Assembly: GCA_002794465.1 (NCBI GenBank) | Contig: MTSL01000010.1 | Coordinates: 33,336-65,335, forward strand | DNA: 32,000 nucleotides | From: Paramicrosporidium saccamoebae KSL3 | Lineage: Eukaryota; Fungi; Cryptomycota | Direction of reading: 5' to 3' | Part shown: one piece after another, positions 27,479-32,000 of the stretch | How the letters are laid out: each line of letters starts with the position of its first letter | Position numbering within the stretch: position 1 is the stretch's first letter | The notes under the pieces: model-generated | The model's database searches: none | What the model was told of the DNA's origin: nothing | Seen by the model: the letters and a program-made list of their open reading frames with translations, nothing else | Translations under genes and position numbers: made by a program

Positions 27479-28855
27479 CTAGCATGCGGCACTGAAAGAC
27501 TTGACTTGTGCCTTGTCATCAAAACTAACTCGCTTCTTTTTAGGCGAGATGCAGCCAACCTTCTTCAGGATGGATTTTGGCGTCGTGGGAAAGATGGAGG
27601 TGGATGTTATCATCGGGGCAGTGATTCGAGGGGACATTGTGTCATGGACAGACAGTTCGTTCCGGATGATGGAAGATTTAAGAGGAACCTTTGATATTTG
27701 GCAACTGCGCGGACCTGGTCGGGCCATTGGCTGGCCTGTGGGTTTGTGCAAAGGCACAGACATCGGGATCTTTGAGGCAGTAATCTTTGTTTTTGTGAAT
27801 GGTCTAGCGGTTGCAAGATAAGGGGCTCTGGGATCTGTAAGAGGCGCCACATTCTTAGAATCTATAATAGTTAAAGTGTCAGAACCAGACTTGGCTGGGT
27901 AAAGAGGATTAAGAGACGGGTCTCTCAAAACGGGCAACTCATTTGTTGATAGGCCCGACTTGATTGATCTCGAATTCAACTCTACAGATGCTGCCATTCC
28001 CGGTCGTCCAGTAGTCTTTGTCACAGTTGCCATATTTTGCTCTTTTGTAATTGTCGTCTTTGGAGCTTTCAGAGTTGGGTTTACTGAAGCTTTCAGGGTT
28101 GGGTTGACTGGAACTGTTCTTAGTGTCTTGGCTGGCTTGCTCATGTATGGAGTGGGATCCTTTGGAATATAATATAGATCTGGATACATCTTGACAAGCA
28201 GCTCTGCATCGCTCGTCTGCTTCTTTATCGGCTTTTCGCCTCTCACGCCAACTGTTGCATGTGCCTGCTTGCAGGAAAGTACCGTCGCCCTCGATTTCAG
28301 TGGCTCTATCAGTTCTGGTGCGGGCCGAATTAGGGTGTGGGTATAGACATTCATCTTTGTGGATTCTAGAATGGGACATGGCGTAGTGACAATGTAGTTC
28401 CAATCCAGACTCTCCTCTGCATCCCACCAAGCCATGTACTCCTCCTCATCTAGCCACCAGGGACTGATGAGGTCGAGTTCAGGGAAGCGCAAGAGTTGAT
28501 GCGGAAGATTTACATCAATAGTTACCCCACGCAGACACTTTGGTGCGTGGTTCTCGGAATAGAAGCCATGCGGTAATGGCATGTTATTGCGACGCGTTAT
28601 CTTGATGGCAGTCCAACGACCAACAGAGAGAGCTCCACGTGGGACATGATCGGGTTGTGCACCGGGACAGATGATCGGTCGACCTTCCAGTTGGGAGATG
28701 ACCTGGCGGATCCAATCTCGGGGTTTTAGTTTTTCCTGGACATTATCGGCAAAAAGTTCCGAGTAGGACAGAACCGGAGCTATGTCATAGACGGGCTGTA
28801 TGATAGGGATCCGGGATGGCATATGGCAATATGGGTTCCAGTGCCATCGGACCAT
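27479..28855 (-). CDS. Hypothetical protein, 458 aa, with a basic Pro/Thr/Lys-rich C-half ending in SILK + RVxF motifs
   Basis: Long uninterrupted ORF between the CaM-like gene and COQ6; C-terminus PKSILKK...KKKRVSFDDKAQVKSF. No family recognised. Confidence 0.7.
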   Translation of the reverse strand: MVRWHWNPYCHMPSRIPIIQPVYDIAPVLSYSELFADNVQEKLKPRDWIRQVISQLEGRPIICPGAQPDHVPRGALSVGRWTAIKITRRNNMPLPHGFYSENHAPKCLRGVTIDVNLPHQLLRFPELDLISPWWLDEEEYMAWWDAEESLDWNYIVTTPCPILESTKMNVYTHTLIRPAPELIEPLKSRATVLSCKQAHATVGVRGEKPIKKQTSDAELLVKMYPDLYYIPKDPTPYMSKPAKTLRTVPVNPTLKASVNPTLKAPKTTITKEQNMATVTKTTGRPGMAASVELNSRSIKSGLSTNELPVLRDPSLNPLYPAKSGSDTLTIIDSKNVAPLTDPRAPYLATARPFTKTKITASKIPMSVPLHKPTGQPMARPGPRSCQISKVPLKSSIIRNELSVHDTMSPRITAPMITSTSIFPTTPKSILKKVGCISPKKKRVSFDDKAQVKSFSAAC

Positions 28856-28922
28856 TCAAGTACTTTGGTATTTCTAAAAATAGTAACAGGGCGTTGCTAG
28901 GCAACTGGCCAAGGGAAGAAAT

Positions 28923-30252
28923 TTATAACTGTGCAATCTTGACAGCTAGAGACTTTACGAGGGGAGATTTTTGGAAGAGCCGCATTCCCATGGTTCGGAG
29001 AAGTGGTGAGGGGAAGGATGGATCGAATATTCGATGAATGCTGTCGCAGAATCCGGCCATCGCCATGGAGGACGCCAATCGTTGTTGTCCGTGGGATTGA
29101 TAATGTTCCTGACGTCCAACATCTGCTCCTACTGCGACTGCTTTGTCAATAGCAGCAGCGAGGGAACGCACATCGGCGATGCCTAAATTGACACCTTGGC
29201 CGGCCAAAGGATGGATCACATGGGCCGCGTCTCCAATAATTACTGAGCGTTCTGCGACCGTTTTTCGGGCGATTGACATTGTCAGGGGAAACGCTGCCAA
29301 ACTGTCAGATGACACATCAATCAAATTTGGAAGCGCGCGGATCATGGCCTGGTGGTCCTCTTCTAAACACCCCTCTCGCCATTGATAGTCTGCAAGAGTC
29401 AATTTGTCGGGGTTGGCAAGATAATACTGCACATCGGCATTGAGCAGTCGAAACGCCGCATTTAATAGCAACAACAGTTTCTCCTTTGGTAGCTTGGAGG
29501 ATGTAATGAAATCGGCCTTTTCACTGGGTAGCGTCCATACCATTGACAAGACATCCTTGCCAATCGGGAGCAAAGCAAAGGGGCCTGTTGGGAGAAATCG
29601 TTGGAAAGCTGCAAGTTTGTCTGGGGACTCGGTCCTGATTGTGGCCACCAGTCCTTTTTGCCCATACTGCCGCCCAAAAATATTGGGATTCACCAACTTG
29701 CGCACCACTGACTCTTTTCCATCTGCACCCACCACCAGATTACATGTCAGGCTCTCTTCCTCAAGCCGCAGCTGCACGTGATCCTTTTCTCTCTGCACCT
29801 CTACCCGTCCCGTATACGTATCCACCACACCTTCCATGCACTGTTGCAGGGCGTATACTGTCGCATTATTCTCCACAATACGGCCCATCATATCAGGCGA
29901 ATCAAAGTTGATAAGACTTGACGGAGTATCGCCCTCCCAAACGCGCATTTCTCTGAATCCCTTAGAATGGGCTGCAAGTATGTCCTTGTGTGGACCAGAC
30001 AAACGCTCAAGATACTCATAGTTATTCTTAGTGATGGATGACGCACGATTTGAATAAGATGCAAGGTCGTCTGTCCGGGCTGGAAGGGTTTTTGGAGCTG
30101 GCGAGGCATCAATTAAGGCAACGCGCAGTCGGTTTGTACGTTTTCCGTGACCTAAGGGATAAATATATGGGCGTATTGTGTATACGGAGAGCTGCGGCAA
30201 GACTCCTCCCTACAATGCCGCCCCCCACAATAGCGATATCATAGTGCTTCAT
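28923..30252 (-). CDS. COQ6: Ubiquinone biosynthesis FAD monooxygenase Coq6 (UbiH/COQ6 family); exons 30252-30186, 30151-28923; about 431 aa
   Basis: After a 34-nt intron (30152-30185) the N-terminus reads MKHYDIAIVGGGIVG (FAD-binding). Also LVVGADGKESVVR, AFQRFLPTGPFALLP, SMVWT, AFPL and IIGDAAHVIHPLAGQGVNLGIADV. Confidence 0.92.
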
Positions 30253-30570
30253 TGGACACTATTGGTCCAGGCAATACTGATGTAGAAATCTCATCAATTT
30301 GTTTATTAAACTAGTACAGTGCGGTTAAAATTAACAAGTTTGCTCATTTTGCGCTTATTCCAGATCTATCAAAGACAATTTGTACGTTGTGGCCAACACT
30401 CCGGGATGTTGCAGCCTGGATAATCATCTCTCATGCGCATGCACACCCGTGCGTTCATGTTGCAATTGATAATTTCCTGCTGTTTCACTAGCCATCCTAA
30501 ATTTGATCATTTATAACCTCAGTAATAAACCTTCAAAACATGATTACTCGACAGGCCCCGGGGTATCGAC

Positions 30571-31032
30571 ATGGAGAATCCGAATCCGGTTATCCATGAG
30601 ACTGCACCTCGTTTGGAGCACGGGGAAGATGAACCTATAGACGCAGACTATATATTTGAGCTATTGCGCGATATTAACGACCCTGAATATCCAAACACCT
30701 TGGAAGAACTAGCCGTCGTCACAAAGGAACAAATCCACTTTATGCCACCATATGGCCTCCTTGTAGAATACACTCCCACCATCCCACACTGCAGCATGGC
30801 CACCCTCATAGGTCTTTGCATCCGGATACGACTCGCCCGGAGCTTACCACACGCTATTGACGTGGACGTGATGATCCGAGATGGGACCCACGTTGCAGAG
30901 GAGGCGATTAACAAACAGCTTGCAGACAAGGAAAGGGTGGCAGCGGCAAAGGAGAATCCACATTTACTAGCAGTTGTCGAACAATGTCTGTCTGGTGTAC
31001 GTCAAGCTGGCATTGCCCTTACTGTAACTTGA
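30571..31032 (+). CDS. CIA2: Cytosolic Fe-S assembly component CIA2/MIP18 family (FAM96B), 153 aa
   Basis: IFELLRDINDPEYPNTLEELAVV; TPTIPHCSMATLIGLCIR; GTHVAEEAINKQLADKERVAAAKEN. Confidence 0.95.
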   Translation: MENPNPVIHETAPRLEHGEDEPIDADYIFELLRDINDPEYPNTLEELAVVTKEQIHFMPPYGLLVEYTPTIPHCSMATLIGLCIRIRLARSLPHAIDVDVMIRDGTHVAEEAINKQLADKERVAAAKENPHLLAVVEQCLSGVRQAGIALTVT

Positions 31033-31190
31033 TAAATTTCAACTGACACTCGTTTGGTGTATTACAATGTACAATTGGTTCCTATGTGATGGTGCAACAA
31101 CGGGGCCTTGCCCATATCTATTACTATAACTCGGACGCATACGCCAAAGAACTCTTATTTGCATCCAATAGTACAACTTAGACGGAGCTC

Positions 31191-31706
31191 TTAGTTTTGA
31201 AAGTTGGGATCAATGACTATATCTTGAACTCGAAGCGTCGTAGTTCGTGGCTTAATCGTTCTCATTGCTCGTCTACCCTTTCTCTGTTTTCTTGTCCTCG
31301 CTCGCTGCTTTAAGCCATTACTGTGCTCCATAACAGTGGCCGTCACTTTGACTGCTCCCCCAGGCAGCAGCGGCAGTCCTCGGAGCTTGTACCTTGCCGA
31401 GCCTACCTCGCGGACCTCATCGAGGGTTATCACGTCGCCCACCTGAACGTCGGGCATTCGATGCGTCACGATAAAGTCGGTACGGACCACAGAGAACGGA
31501 AAGTTGTGAATAAGTAGTTTAGCATAGACACTGGGCTGCTGAGACTGAATGCGTCCGAGAGCATCCCGAATAGGCAGTACTGGGGGTTTTTCAGTCTTCT
31601 TTCTGGAACCTGTGGCAGATACGCTGGCTGATACAGGTGCAGTGGGGACTGTCGCTGTTGAAATACGCCGGAGGGCGAAGAATTGCCCGCAAGGAAATCG
31701 AAACAT
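31191..31706 (-). CDS. MRPL49: Mitochondrial ribosomal protein bL21m (yeast Mrpl49-like), 171 aa
   Basis: Presequence-like MFRFPCGQFFALRRIST; L21 core YAKLLIHNFPFSV...VGDVITLDEVREVGS...VKVTATVMEH...RKQRKGRR...TTLRVQDI. Confidence 0.85.
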   Translation of the reverse strand: MFRFPCGQFFALRRISTATVPTAPVSASVSATGSRKKTEKPPVLPIRDALGRIQSQQPSVYAKLLIHNFPFSVVRTDFIVTHRMPDVQVGDVITLDEVREVGSARYKLRGLPLLPGGAVKVTATVMEHSNGLKQRARTRKQRKGRRAMRTIKPRTTTLRVQDIVIDPNFQN

Positions 31707-32000
31707 TGACCAATAAGAGCAACGCTATAGTGGATTATTGTTGGACCGCCCATCAATGGGGGTAATTGGAACGAATACATGTACGTTCTCAGAGTAGTTG
31801 GCATCTAAGGCCCATGATACAAAATAAAATTTCTGGCATGGAACATTTCTCGACACTGCTAGGGAGGAGGCAAACGCTTCTAGCAATCGGGGCCCGGATG
31901 GAAAAGGTTGTGCCGCGGTATTCATTGCCATTGAATGTAGATCAGTCACACCCGACAGTTTTAGCTATACGCACTGTAGACCAAGGCCATGGATACGGTC

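Noticed and set aside
31725-32000. Possible gene at the window end (minus ORF 31725-31949, or a plus frame open from the ATG at 31838)
   Set aside because: Both are short and unrecognisable, and cannot be resolved without flanking sequence.

Overview
Eukaryotic, gene-dense, fungal-like DNA of moderate GC content, not prokaryotic. About 21 protein-coding genes are packed with very short gaps (as little as 9 bp) and interrupted by tiny GT-AG introns. I reconstructed 17 introns by hand, all 27-36 nt, so many ORF-track entries are exons or shadow ORFs, and its TTG/GTG starts are artefacts. The compaction, tiny introns and retained mitochondrial genes (COQ6, FMT1, bL21m) suggest an early-diverging Rozellomycota/microsporidia-related organism such as Paramicrosporidium (inference, not verified). 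Housekeeping genes: SLA1, RAD52, DNA polymerase kappa, an Nrg1-like C2H2 factor, FMT1, VPS20, SKI3, PRP40, a calmodulin-like light chain, COQ6, CIA2 and mitochondrial bL21. The most striking accessory element is a tandem array of three paralogous type II membrane proteins (5079-12477). Each fuses a GT-A glycosyltransferase domain to a fucosyltransferase-like GT-B domain, and the third copy has a degenerate GT-A domain. There are also three orphan secreted proteins, an unusual splice-site signature (all acceptors TAG, donors GTAY without +5G), poly(A) signals overlapping stop codons, and many decaying minisatellites. No rRNA, tRNA, CRISPR array or mobile element could be supported.
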